Shown here: positions 52,077 through 64,000 of the stretch, piece by piece | Position numbering within the stretch: the stretch's first letter is position 1 | Layout of the letters: each line of letters opens with the position of its first letter | From: the human T2T-CHM13v2.0 reference genome, Homo sapiens | DNA: 64,000 nucleotides | Direction: 5' to 3' (one strand) | Assembly: GCF_009914755.1 (NCBI RefSeq) | Contig: NC_060931.1 | Notes under the pieces: model-generated | What the model was told of the DNA's origin: nothing | Seen by the model: only the letters and a program-made list of their open reading frames with translations | Databases searched by the model: none | Program-made: the position numbers and the translations under genes

Positions 52077-52185
52077 AGAATGTCCAAGAATACACATTTC
52101 TTTGGACTGAGGAGTTTTTCAGAACACAGATTTTTGGTGCTAAGCCATGAAAGTTCCATTAAAAAGGGGAAAAGTTGTTAACATG
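52077..52185. mobile_element. MER94-like (hAT-Blackjack) MITE
   Basis: ggactgaggagtttttcagaacacagatttttggtgctaagccatgaaagttcc matches recalled GGACTGAGGGGTTTCCCGGGACGCGGGACTTTCAGTGCTAAAACCGGGAAAGTCCC after CpG decay. Confidence 0.6.
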
Positions 52186-53099
52186 AGTTACATGGTTTCT
52201 AGTTTCTATAAATCCAGAAATGACTGTCCCCTCCTCACCCACTGTTAAATACATGTAGACTTGGGCAGGAATACAGGACTTTTTTTGATGTTTGATGTAC
52301 TTTTGATTTCAAAGCAATTAAATCTGAATAAAGAGAACATCAAAGGGCAGATTAAGTCTCTTAAAATATTTCTGAATATTGTGGGGATTTTCTGAGCAGC
52401 CTGCTTCAGAAATTCTAAAATGTGATGAATGAGCAATCTAGTCTCATGCTCTGGAAGCCTTTGAAGACTTGAGGACCAAATAGTGGGAATAGAAATGAGC
52501 AACTTTGATCAATGTCAAGGGACACTTCTCCCCTAAAACACACATACAAAGGACCACTTAATTGTACATTCTAGTAGCTTTCCTTCGACATGATATTTTG
52601 TTAGCAACTTTTCCTTCTCACAGAAACTATTACTTATACTCTTGATTTTTTTTATTATCAGCATCAGTTGGCCTAGCATTCAAAGAAAGGAGTAGATGCT
52701 GACTAAATATTTACTAGTGGATACAAAATAGATCACATATTGATGGTCATAAAGAAGATATGAAACAGAAATTTCCCTTCTATATATATTATATTCATTA
52801 ATGTATTTGAGTCACACTGGAACAAGAAGGCACACATTATATCAAACATGGAGGAGAGATTTAATTTTGTATTTTATTTTCTATTCTAAGCTTACTAGGA
52901 CATACTACTATTCACTATCTTGACTAAATAATTATACTTCCTGAATCATATTACATCAGAACTTTGGTGAACAACAATGACATAGGAATTAATAGTAGAC
53001 ATGAAGGTGAGTGAATTAAATAAAAGGTTATTACTATATTCTTATAAAGTAATTAATTAAATTTTTAGCATTTTGTTTTGTTAAGATTTTACATATGAT

Positions 53100-53520
53100 T
53101 TTTTTAACATGCTACTTTATAATTTCATTTTTTAAAGCATTAAGTTTTAAACATCTTTGTACATCATTAAATATTCTTTTACATAAATATTTTTAGGTAA
53201 CTACATAGATATTCATTTTATAAAATTATCATGATTTTTAAAACATTTTTCATTGCTGGACCTATGGGTCATTTTTATTTTTATTACTATAATAAAGAAT
53301 ACCGCAAATAAAACATTTAGATTTTCATGCTAATTGTTGTCTTATATAGCTTTCTATATATAAAGCCGAGGAACCAAATAATGCACAAATGTTTCTGGTT
53401 TTGTTAAATGGGCATTCAAACATACTATACAAACTTACTCTCCCAAGTATATTGTGCAACAGTACCATAATATAAATGATCATTAATTATCCATAATTTG
53501 TGTAAGCTTCATTTTTTCTT
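53100..53520 (-). mobile_element. Very old L1ME-like relic
   Basis: cattgctggacctatgggtcatttttatttttattactataataaagaataccgcaaataaaacat. Confidence 0.5.
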
Positions 53521-53844
53521 CTTACGTTAGAATGGAAAATAAAGCATATTGTATATTGATTTAGCTAGTGTATCAAGGCTGTTTTACTAGAACAATACAT
53601 CATGATCATACTTTCTTTTTGACTACTTTAGGGATTATATTTAGTTTCATTCTTATAAAAATTTATAGCTTAATGAATAAATGAACAATGAGGTAATGTT
53701 CTTCAAAGCATGTCCAGTTTTATATCATGATTCATCACATATAAGAACTGCTATAGAAAAGATAATGCTATTCTAGAATTGCATATATGACAGGTTGATT
53801 TATCTTTGCATTCTGTGTGTTTTGATGTACAGACTTTTTAATGG

Positions 53845-54125
53845 CATTCATTCATTAATTTCACAGGGCATGCCTCCTATATGTATGACACCATAGTGGT
53901 TCTAGAGGTATATAAAATGAATAAAATACAGACTCTGCCCTTAAGGAGTTTAAAAACTAGTAGGGGAGAGACATGAAAATAAATAGCCATGATACAGAAT
54001 GAAATGTTAAGTGCCCCCAGAGAGGTGAAAGCATACTCCAGGAAAATGCTGATAGATGCAATTGCTTCTACAGAAGGTAACCAGGTAAATTGACATTGGT
54101 TGGGACTTTAAATATTGAATAGTGT
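53845..54125 (-). mobile_element. L2 3' fragment
   Basis: cattcattcatt..atgaataaaatacagactctgcccttaaggagtttaaaaactagtaggggagagaca. Confidence 0.75.
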
Positions 54126-54549
54126 TTTATTCTTTTTCAGAACAGTCATTGTTTTGGCACTTTTAAAAATAATGAAAGGCAAATCATATTTCCATATATG
54201 ATAAGTAACACTAAAATACTCACATTTCTTAAAATGTCAATAATGGAAGGGATCTCAAAGATCATCTAGTCCTATATGTTATTAATATCAAGACATGAAT
54301 AAAATATTTTGGAAATTGAAGTATGCTTACAACAAAACCTCAACTATCCATAATCATGTAATAATTCTGTAAGAGTTCTAACCTTGACAAATACATTTGT
54401 CTGCTTCCTAGTCTATTTGTTCTGGGCAGCAACTTGACTTTTTACAGTTCATTTGGAGAGAAATCTTTAGCAAACTACTTGGGATCCTTGATTTGGTTAA
54501 AGCTAGAGGAAATTGTGGCTGAAAAAAGAAAAAAAAAAAAGACTTAATA

Positions 54550-54908
<359 letters not shown>

Positions 54909-56267
54909 TTAATATTTAAGTTACAATAAATTTATTGATTTTCTTTTTATTGGAGAGTATTTTCAATTGAAAATCAGAATATTGGGATTTAGTTTTTATT
55001 GTTTAAATAATTACTAGTATGAACTTAGGAAAGTCTTTAGACTTTTCTTGACATATATTTTCTCACCCAATTATTTCCAATCCCTTTTAACTATATCTAA
55101 AATATTTGCTTTTTTTCTTTGTAAAATCGTGAACAAAATACATATATGATATTGATACTACTAGATAGAAAGGCTGTGAAGTTGGCTGTTGGAAACTCTC
55201 ATGCTCAGTTCTCATTACATCAACCATTTCAATTGTTTCAGTACATGATTTTATAAGACCTTTCTCCCACTTTCCCAGTGATTACGGCATCCTACAAGTT
55301 ATTATTTTTGTCTTCCATTTCTATTTAATACACTGGTAAAATTCTAAGCCAAAATTTAACTGTTAGTTCAAACTACTTTTTAAGGGTATAATTTTATGCT
55401 TTATTTGCCCTTTAAATAAAGCTACATAATTGCTCTAGAGAGAATAAGAATGCATGTGGGATATAATATAACATGTACCTTTTCTGAACAAGGAAAAAAA
55501 GTTGTGCAAATTGAAGCTGTAATTACTACGTGCAGGCGTAAAGAAAAAATGATTTTCTAGTCACTGTATTCATTCACCTTGAGTAGGAAATTATAGTTTT
55601 TCTAATTTAAAAAGGTCACTTTATTTTTCTGAGCATTTGATTGGTTGAATATCACACACTTTTACTTTTTGCATGAATTGGGCTGTTTGGGGGTTACTGT
55701 CTAGAAAATGTTGAGACATTTATTTAAATGCAGAGTATATTATTGATTCCAGACTGTCAACTCAAGGCTAAAATCCTGCTTGAAACATGAGAAGTGGATA
55801 ACCATGTGCACATGACTAGTACCTACCCCATGACAGTTTCTTAAGAACCCTGTAGTAGAATTAAATTATCAGAGGTTATGGAAACGGCTGCTTGTGTCTA
55901 GTGAGTATCACACTGGAAGGTCATTATTGAGGCAGCCATAATTTTTATTCACAATACACACACAACCAATAGTGCCAAGATAATTCAAGACTGAACATCC
56001 CATCCACACACCAACCTGTAGATTCCTGCCAGTTCATGCAAGTCAGGGAATTACCAAAAATAAATTTTAAAAATTAGAGTATATTCCAGTGGATTTAATT
56101 TTGAATGAATTTTTTGTCAAAATTTTCACTTTATCTATCTTCTATCCTTTAAAAATTGTTTTGTTCTGTTAAAATTGAATTTACATATTTATTGAAAATA
56201 TTTACATTATGTATTTTTTACTATAAGTACTCTTCAATATAGTTCAAAATATTTATTTTTCTGAATT

Positions 56268-56362
56268 ATTTATTAATTTTAATTGACATATAAAATTATT
56301 TATCTTTATTGTACACAGGACGATGTTCTGAAATATGTGTACACTATGAAATGGCTTCATAT
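56268..56362 (-). mobile_element. L1MA-type 3' terminal fragment
   Basis: ttttaattgacatataaaatt..tttattgtacacaggacgatgttctgaaatatgtgtacactatgaaatggct. Confidence 0.7.
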
Positions 56363-56374
56363 CCAGTAAATGGT

Positions 56375-58772
56375 CTTGATACTAAATTCAGACCAATACA
56401 AAACCATAACAGGAAACTATTGACCAATATCCCCAATGAACATAAATGCTAAATTTCTCAACAAAATACGAGCAAACTGAACCCAACAGCACTTCCAAAA
56501 GATGATACACTATGATCAAGTGGGTTTTATACCAGGGATGCAAGGATGGTTCAATAATGCAAATCAATAAATGTGATGCACCACATAAACAGAATTAAAG
56601 ACAAAAACTATATAATCCCAATAGATACATAAAGTTGATAAAATTCAGCACTTATTCATCATAAAAAATCCCTCAACAAACTGGCATAGAAATAATAAAG
56701 ACCATATATGGCGAACTCACAGCCAAAATCATACTGAAAGGTGAAAGTTGAAAGCATTCCCTTTAGAAGCTGAAACAAGACAAGGATGCTCATTTGCATC
56801 GCTCCTATTAAGCATAGTATTGAAAGTCCTATCCAGAAGAATCAGGCAAGGAAAAGAAATAAAACGTATCCAAATTGGAAAACAGGGCCTCAAATTATCC
56901 CTGTTCACTGATGATATGGTCTTATATCTTGAAAACCCTAACCATTCCACCAAAAACCTCCTAGATTTTGATGAATGAATTAGTAAAGTTTCAGCATACA
57001 AAATGAACATGCAAAATCAGTAGTATTTCTATACACCAACAACAATCTAGCTGGAGCACTAAATCAAGAATGCAATGCAATTTACAATAGATGCAAAAAT
57101 AATAACAAGGAATATATTTAACCAAGAGGAAAACTACAAAACACTGATGAAAGAAGTAGTAAATGACACAAATGAAAAATAATCACATGCTCATGGATCA
57201 GAAGAACTAATATCTTTAAAATGACCACAATGCCCAAAGCAATCCACAGATTTAATGTGATTGCTATCATTATACTAACATCACATTTCACAGAAGTAGA
57301 AAAATAATCCTAAAATGTATATGGAGCCAGAAAAGGACTCAGATATCCAAAGCAAAACTAAGCATAAAGCAGGCTGGAGACATCACATTACCTGATATAA
57401 AATTGTACTACAAAGTTACAGTAACCAAAACCGCATTGTGCTGGTACAAAAATAGATATATAGATCAATGGAACAGAATAGAGAAACCAGAAATAGGGCC
57501 ACATACTTATAGTCAGCTGAAGTTTGAACAAAGTCAACAAGAACACACACTGGGGAAAGGACAACATTTTCAATAATGATGCTGGGAAAAATGGATTTCT
57601 ATATGCAGAAAAATAAAATGAGGCCTCTGTCTTTCATCATATACAACAATCAACTAAGATGTATTTTAAATAATTAAATATATGACCTAAGACTATAAAT
57701 TACCAGAAGAAATCTAGAGAAAATTATTTTGAACATTGGTCCAGGCAAGGAATACAGAACCAAGACCTCAAATGCACAGGCAATGAAAACAAAAATAAAT
57801 GGAATTTAATTAAACTAAAAATCTTTTGTGCAGCAAATAAATAATCAACAGGGTAAAGAGACAATCCTCAGAATGGGAAAAAATACTTGCAAACTATTCA
57901 TCCAATAGAAGACTAATATCCAGAATATGCAAGGATCTCATACAAGTCAACAACAACAACAACAAAAGAATCCCATTAAAAAATGGTCTAAGGACACGGT
58001 AGGAATTTGTTTTTAAAAAAAGTCACAAAAGTCCGACAAGAATATGAAAAAAAGTTTGTATCATCACTAATCATTAGTGAAATAGAAATTAAAACCACAG
58101 TGAAATATCATCTTACCCAGTAAGAATGGCTATTCTTAAACAGAAAAAATAACAGTGGTTAGTGAGGACGTGGAGAAAAGAAAGCACTTATACACTGTTA
58201 GTGGAAGAGTAAATTAGTACAACATCTATGGAAAATTTTTGGAGATTTTGCAAAGAACTAAAAATAGAACTAAATTCAATCAAGCAATCACACAACTAGC
58301 TATCTATCTAAAGGAAAATAAATCATTATATAAAAAGACAACTGCATCTACATAGTTATTGTAGGACTATTCACAATTGCGAAGATATGGAACCAATCTA
58401 AGTGCCCATCAAATGATGAGTGGGCAAAGGATACACAATGAAACACTATTCAGCCATAAAAATGAAATTATGTCTTTTGCAGCAACATAGATGAAACTGG
58501 AAGTCATTATTTTAATTGAAATACACACAGAGACAACACGTTATCACTTATAATTGAGAGCTTAGTAATGTGTACACATACAGGTAGTATGTGAAATAAC
58601 AGACAGTGGAGACTTAGAAGAGGGTGGGTGATGAGAAATTACTTAATGTCTATAATGTATGCTAATCGCTGATAGACACTAAAAGCCCCGACTTCAATGC
58701 TTTGCAATATATCAATATAACAAAATAATACTTGTACCTCATAAAGTTATACAAATCAAATAAAATTTTAAA
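56375..58772 (+). mobile_element. 5'-truncated L1 (L1PB3/4 to early L1MA-like) ORF2 and 3'UTR
   Basis: RT peptide [29 protein letters not shown]; 3' end gatgagaaattacttaatg..cactaaaagccccgacttca..cttgtacctcataaa. Confidence 0.9.
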
Positions 58773-59148
58773 TAAGATTACTGAGATCAACATAATGGAG
58801 CTTTACTCCTAAATTTTCTTCTAGTAGTTTTAAAGTTTCTGGTCTTACATTCAAGTCTTGCAATTGATTTTGAGTTGACTTTTTTATATGGCGTGAAGTA
58901 AGGTCCGATTTTATTCTTTTGCATGTAGATGTCCAGTTATTTCACATTTTTGAACATTCTGTCCTTTTCCCGTGCATCCTTGGCACTTTTACAAAAATTA
59001 ATTGACCATTGATGTGTAGCTTTATCTTTTGGCTTTATATTCTGTTCTATTGGTTAATGTGTCTGTTTTTATTGGGGGGAAGAGGATATTTTTTGCCAAT
59101 ACCATGTTGTTTTGATTATAATTGCTTTGTAATACATTTTGAAATCAA

Positions 59149-61435
59149 TGATATGGTTTGACTATGTTCCTACCCAAGTCTCATCTTGAACTGTAGTTCC
59201 AATAATCTCCACGTGTTCTGTAAAGGACCCAGTGGGAGGTAATTGGATAATAGGGGTGGATACCTCTATGCTGGTCTCATGATAGTGAGTTCTCATGCAA
59301 TCTGATGTTTTTATAAGAGGATTTCCCCCCATTCCCTTGGCACTTCTCATTGCTGCTGCTATGTAAAGAAGGACGTGTTTGCTTACCCTTCTGCCAAGAG
59401 TGTAAGTTTCCTGAGGCCTCCCCAGTCATGCTGAACTGTGGTCAATTAAACCTCTTTCCTTTATAAATTACCCAGTCTCTGGTATGTCTTTAATAGCAGC
59501 ATCAGAATGAACTAATATAGTAAATTGGCACCATGTGTGGGGGTGCTGTTGTAAAGATACCCAAAAATGTGAAGTGATTTTGGAAGTGGGTAATAGGCAG
59601 AGGTAGGAACAGTTTGGAGGGCTCAGAAGAAGACGTGAAAATGTGGGAAAGGTTGGAATTTCCTAGAGACTTGTTGAATGGCTTTGACCAAAATGCTGAT
59701 ATTAATATGGACAATAAGTCCAGGGTGAGGTAGTCTCAGATGGAGGTGAGGAACTTGTTGGGAACTGGAGCAAAGGTGACTCTTGTTATGCTTTAGCAAA
59801 GAGACTGTCAGCATTTAGCCCCTGCCCTAGAGAGGTGTGGAACTGTAAACTTGAGAGATGATTTAAGGTACCTGGCAGAAGAAATTTCTATGTTTTCTCG
59901 TTGTTCAATTCCAAAGCATTCAAGAGCTGACAGAACATAAAAGTTTGGAAAATTTGCAGCCTGATGATGCAATAGAAAAGAAAAACCCATTTTCTAAGGA
60001 TAAATTCAAGCCTGCTGCAGAAATTTGCATAAGTAATGAGGAGGCAAATATTAATTGCCAAGACAATGGGGAAAATGTCTCCAGGGAATGTCAGAGACCT
60101 TCACAGCAGCCCTTCCCATCACAAGCCTCAAGGCCTTGGAGAAAAAACATGGTTTCCTGGGCTGGGTCCAGGCACTCCTGCTGTGTGCAGCCTGGAGAAT
60201 TGGTGTCCTGTGTCCTAGCTAGTCCAGCTATGGCTAAAAAGGGTCAAGTTACAGCTGGGGCTATGGCTTCAGAGGGTGTAAGCCCCAAGCCTTGGCAGCT
60301 TCCACTTGGTGTTTGTCCTGTGGGTACAGAGAAGAGAAGAATTGAGGCTTGAGAACCTCCACCTAGATTTCAAAGGATGGATGGGAAGGCCTGGATGTCC
60401 AAGCAGGGGTATGCTGCAAAAGGCAGAACACTCTTTTGAGAACTTCTACTAGGGCAGTGCGAAAGGGAAATTTGGCTTTGGACCCCCACAGAGTGTCCCC
60501 ACTGGGACACTGCCAGCTGTGAGAAAAGGGCCAGCCTCCTCCAGACTCCAGAACGGTAGATCCACTGTCAGCTTGCACCATGAGTCGGGAAAAGCTGCAG
60601 ACAGTCAATGTCAGCCATGAAAGCAGCCATGAGAGGAGTTGTACCCTGCAAAACTACATGGTCAGAGCTGCCCAAAGTCCTAGGAGCCCACCTCTTGCAT
60701 CAGCATGTCCTGGATGTGAGATATGGAGTCAATGGAGATCATTTTGGAACTTAAGGTTTAATGACTGCCCTATTGGATTTTGGACTTGCATGGGGCCTGT
60801 AGCTCCTTTATTTTGGCCAATTTCTCCCATTTGGAATGGGTGTATTCACCCAATGCCTGTATTCTCATTGTGTCTGGAAAGTAACTAACTTGCTTTTGAT
60901 TTTACAGGCTCATAGGCAGAAATGACCTACTTTTCTCAGATGAGACTTTGGATTTGGACTTTTGAGTTAATGCTGGAATGAGCTAAGACTTTGGGGGACT
61001 GTTGGAAGGGCATGATTGTGTTTTAAATTGTGAGGACATAAGATTTCAAAGGGTCCGAGGGCAGAATGATATAGTATAGCTGTGTCCCCTCCAAAATCTC
61101 ATCTTGAACTGTGGTTCTCCACATATTGTGGGAGAGACCTGGTGGGAGGTAATTGAAACATGGGGGCGGTTACCTCCATGCTGTTCTCATGATAGTGAGG
61201 GAGTTTTCATGAGATCTGATGGTTTTATAAGGGGCTTTCCCCCCACTTCACTTGGCACATCTCCTTGCTGCTGTGATGTAAAGAAGAACATGTTTGCATC
61301 CCCTTCCACCATGATTGTAAGTTTCCTGAGGCCTCCCAAGCCATGGTGAATCATGAGCCAATTAAACTTATTTTCTTTATAAATCACCCAGTCTCAGGTA
61401 TGTCTTCATTAGCAGTGTGAGAACAGACAAATACA
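59149..61435 (+). mobile_element. THE1 (THE1C-like) MaLR with both LTRs (59149-59519, 61067-61435) and internal region
   Basis: LTRs tgatat..tctcatcttgaactgt..tgtaagtttcctgaggcctccc..aataca; internal ORF relic ENLQPDDAIEKKNPFSKDKFKPAAEICISNEE; decayed TSD atcaa/gtcag. Confidence 0.96.
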
Positions 61436-63060
61436 GTCAGGGAGTGTGATGCCTTTAGGTTTTTTCATTTTTACTCTAGACTGCTTTGGCTATTCTGGCT
61501 TTTTTTTTGGTTACATAACAATTTTAGGATTTTTGTTTCTATTCATGTGGAAAAAAAGATTATTGAAATATTTATAGTAAATGCTTTAAATCTGTATATC
61601 ACTTTGGTATGGACATTTTAACAATATTAATTCTTCTCATCCTGGAACACTAAATTTTTTCTGTCTATTTATATATTTGGAAATGTCCTTCATTAATGTT
61701 TTCTAGTTTTGGGTGTACAGTTCTTTCTCCTCCTTGGATAAATTTAGTCAGAAGTATTTTATTTTACATGTTGTAGTCATCACAAATGTTTCTTTTTTAA
61801 ATTTCTTTTTCAGATACTTTGTTGTCATCATATATAAATACTACTGATTTTTGTATATTTATTTTGTACCTTACAACTTTACTAAATTTGTTGACTGGTT
61901 CTGACAGTTTTATTGTGTAGTCTTCAGAGTTTTTTAAATATGGGATTCTGTCATCTGCAGATACAAACAATATAACTTCTTTCCTAATTTTGATACCATT
62001 TATTCATTTTGTTCTTGCCTGTTTGCTCTAGGTAGAAGTTGCAGTATCCTCTTAATAAGTAGTAGCAGGAGTACACTTTGTCTTGTTCCATATTTTAGAT
62101 GAAAAGCTATCAACTTTTCCCTTTTGAGTGTGATGATATTAGCTGTGGGTTTATTATGTATGGCTTTTATTGTGTTGAGGTACTTCTTTTTATACTTATG
62201 TTGTTTGAAGCTTTTATCAGGAAAATATGATACATTTTATTAAATGCTTTTTCTGTATCTATTGAGATGTTCACATGGTTTTGTTCTTCATCATTCCCTT
62301 AATGTGGTGTATTACACTTATTACCTTGCATATATTGTCGCATCCTTGCATCGCAGGGACAAGTCCCACTTGAAAATGATTAATAATTTTTAATTGTGCT
62401 GTTGAATTATGTTGTATTACAGTCTACCTCTCCCTTCATAGTTATCTATTAATATTTCTTTAATATATTTGGGAGCTCCAATTTTGGATTATATATATAT
62501 ATATTTATAAATGATATATTCCCTTGATTAACCCCATTAACATAATATAATGAATGACCTTCTCCTCCTTTCTTATAGTTTTGGACTTCAAATCTGTTTT
62601 ATCTGATATAAATATAGCTATTCCTGCTCTCTTTTTGTCTTCATTTGTACAGATTATTTTTTCCATTCCTTCACTTTCAGTCTATGTGCTTCCCTTAACG
62701 GTGGCATATAGTTGGGTCTTGGCTGCATTATTATTATTTTTTAATTGATTAAGTTATTCCTTACCTTTTGATTGCATAATTTAATCCATTTACATTCATG
62801 GTAATTATTAATTGATAAGGAATTACTATTTTCTTGTTTATTTCAGCTTGAACAACTCTCTGTAGCATTTCTCGTAAAGAAGGTCTGATGGTAATGGACC
62901 CCCTCAGCTTTTATTTGTCTGAAAAAGCCTTTATTTTCCATTTCTAAATAACATTTTTATTTATAGTATACTTACTTTGCAGTTCTATTTCCCTCAACAC
63001 GTTGACTACATCATTTCATTCTTTCCTGGCATGTGGTATTTCTACTGAGAAATCTGCTGA

Positions 63061-63367
63061 TAGCCTTATTGGAACTCCCTTACATTTGATTTATTTCTTT
63101 TCTCTTGCTGATTTCAGAATCTTCTCTTTATTTTTAATTTTTGATGGCTTAATTATATTATGCCTTGGTGTAGTCTTATTTGGAGTTAATCTGATTAAAG
63201 ATGTTTGATTTCTAGCCTTCTTGGAACTCTTCTTAAAATTGATTTTTTCTTTCTTTTCTCTTGCTGCTTTCAGGATCTTCCTTTATCTTTACTTCTTGAT
63301 GATTTGATTATAATATGCCTTGACGTAGTCTTATTTGGAGTTAATCTGATTAGAGATCTTGGATTTT
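63061..63367 (+). repeat. ~152-bp diverged tandem duplication in the L1 ORF1 relic
   Basis: tagcctt.ttggaactc...gtagtcttatttggagttaatctgatta.agat starts at 63061 and 63213. Confidence 0.92.
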
Positions 63368-63487
63368 CCTCTAGATGGATATTTTTATATTTTCTCATAT
63401 TTGAAAAGCATTCTGCTATTGTTTTTAAAAATAATCTAATACTTTGCTGCTCTCTTCTTCTTTTTCTATTTTTTAACATTATTTGAA

Positions 63488-64000
63488 TTTTATTTTATTT
63501 ATTTATTTTATTTTATTTTATTATTATTATACTTTAAGTTCTAGGGTAAATGTGCACAATGTGCAAGTTAGTTACATGTGCATACATGTGCCATGCTGGT
63601 GTGCTGCACCCATTAACTCGTCATTTAGCATTAGGTATATCTGCTAATGCTATCCCTCCCCCCTCCCCCCACCCCACAACAGTCTCCAGAGTGTGATGTT
63701 CCCCTTCCTGTGTCCAGGTGTTCTCATTGTTCAATTCCCACCTATGAGTGAGAACATGCAGTGCTTGGTTTTTTGTCCTTGAGATAGTTTACTGAGAATG
63801 ATGATTTCCAATTTCATCCATGTCCCTACAAAGGACATGAACTCATCATTTTTTATGGCTGCATAGTATTCCATGGTGGATATGTGCCACATTTTCTTAA
63901 TGCAGTCTATCATTGTTGGACATTTGGGTTGGTTCCAAGTCTTTGCTATTGTGATTCGTGCCACAATAAACATACATGTGCATGTGTCTTTATAGCAGCA
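63488..64000 (-). mobile_element. Young L1PA (L1PA3/4-like) 3' end, running off the window
   Basis: (TTTA)n tail, tatactttaagttctaggg..cccattaactcgtcatttagcattaggtatatct; ORF2 C-terminus MFIVARITIAKTWNQPKCP..HCMFSLIGGN. Confidence 0.95.

Larger units (their letters stand above)
58780..63480 (-). mobile_element. Old L1 (L1M-type) ORF2/ORF1 relic split by THE1
   Basis: ttttgaaatcaa before THE1 resumes as gtcagggagtgtgatgcct; ORF1-like peptide RSLIRLTPNKTTSRHIIIK near 63300. Confidence 0.85.

Overview
AT-rich, CpG-poor primate (very probably human) genomic DNA, largely interspersed repeats. No host protein-coding gene, RNA gene or CRISPR array can be supported. The ORFs in the track are chance ORFs or decayed L1, Alu, Tigger1, ERVL or THE1 fragments. 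Main elements: a two-LTR HERV-L provirus (MLT2A-type LTRs, Leu PBS, decayed gag/pro/pol/dUTPase; 33573-40583), a two-LTR THE1 MaLR (59149-61435), a near-full-length minus-strand L1MA (11432-19135), a plus-strand L1 with a tandem-array 5'UTR and no 3' end (45551-51492), a Tigger1 split by an L1PB, an LTR16/ERVL remnant, seven Alus, and many MIR, L2, MER and old L1 relics. I found no convincing new gene system. The most notable unexplained structure is a recurring set of short locally templated copies, direct, inverted or patchwork, with donors 0.8-1.7 kb away. Other items worth a look are a perfect DUX4 motif in the HERV-L 3' LTR, an L1 that looks like an extreme twin-priming product, and one candidate 72-nt exon. 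Family and subfamily names come from recalled consensus sequences, not a database search, and boundaries of old repeats are approximate.
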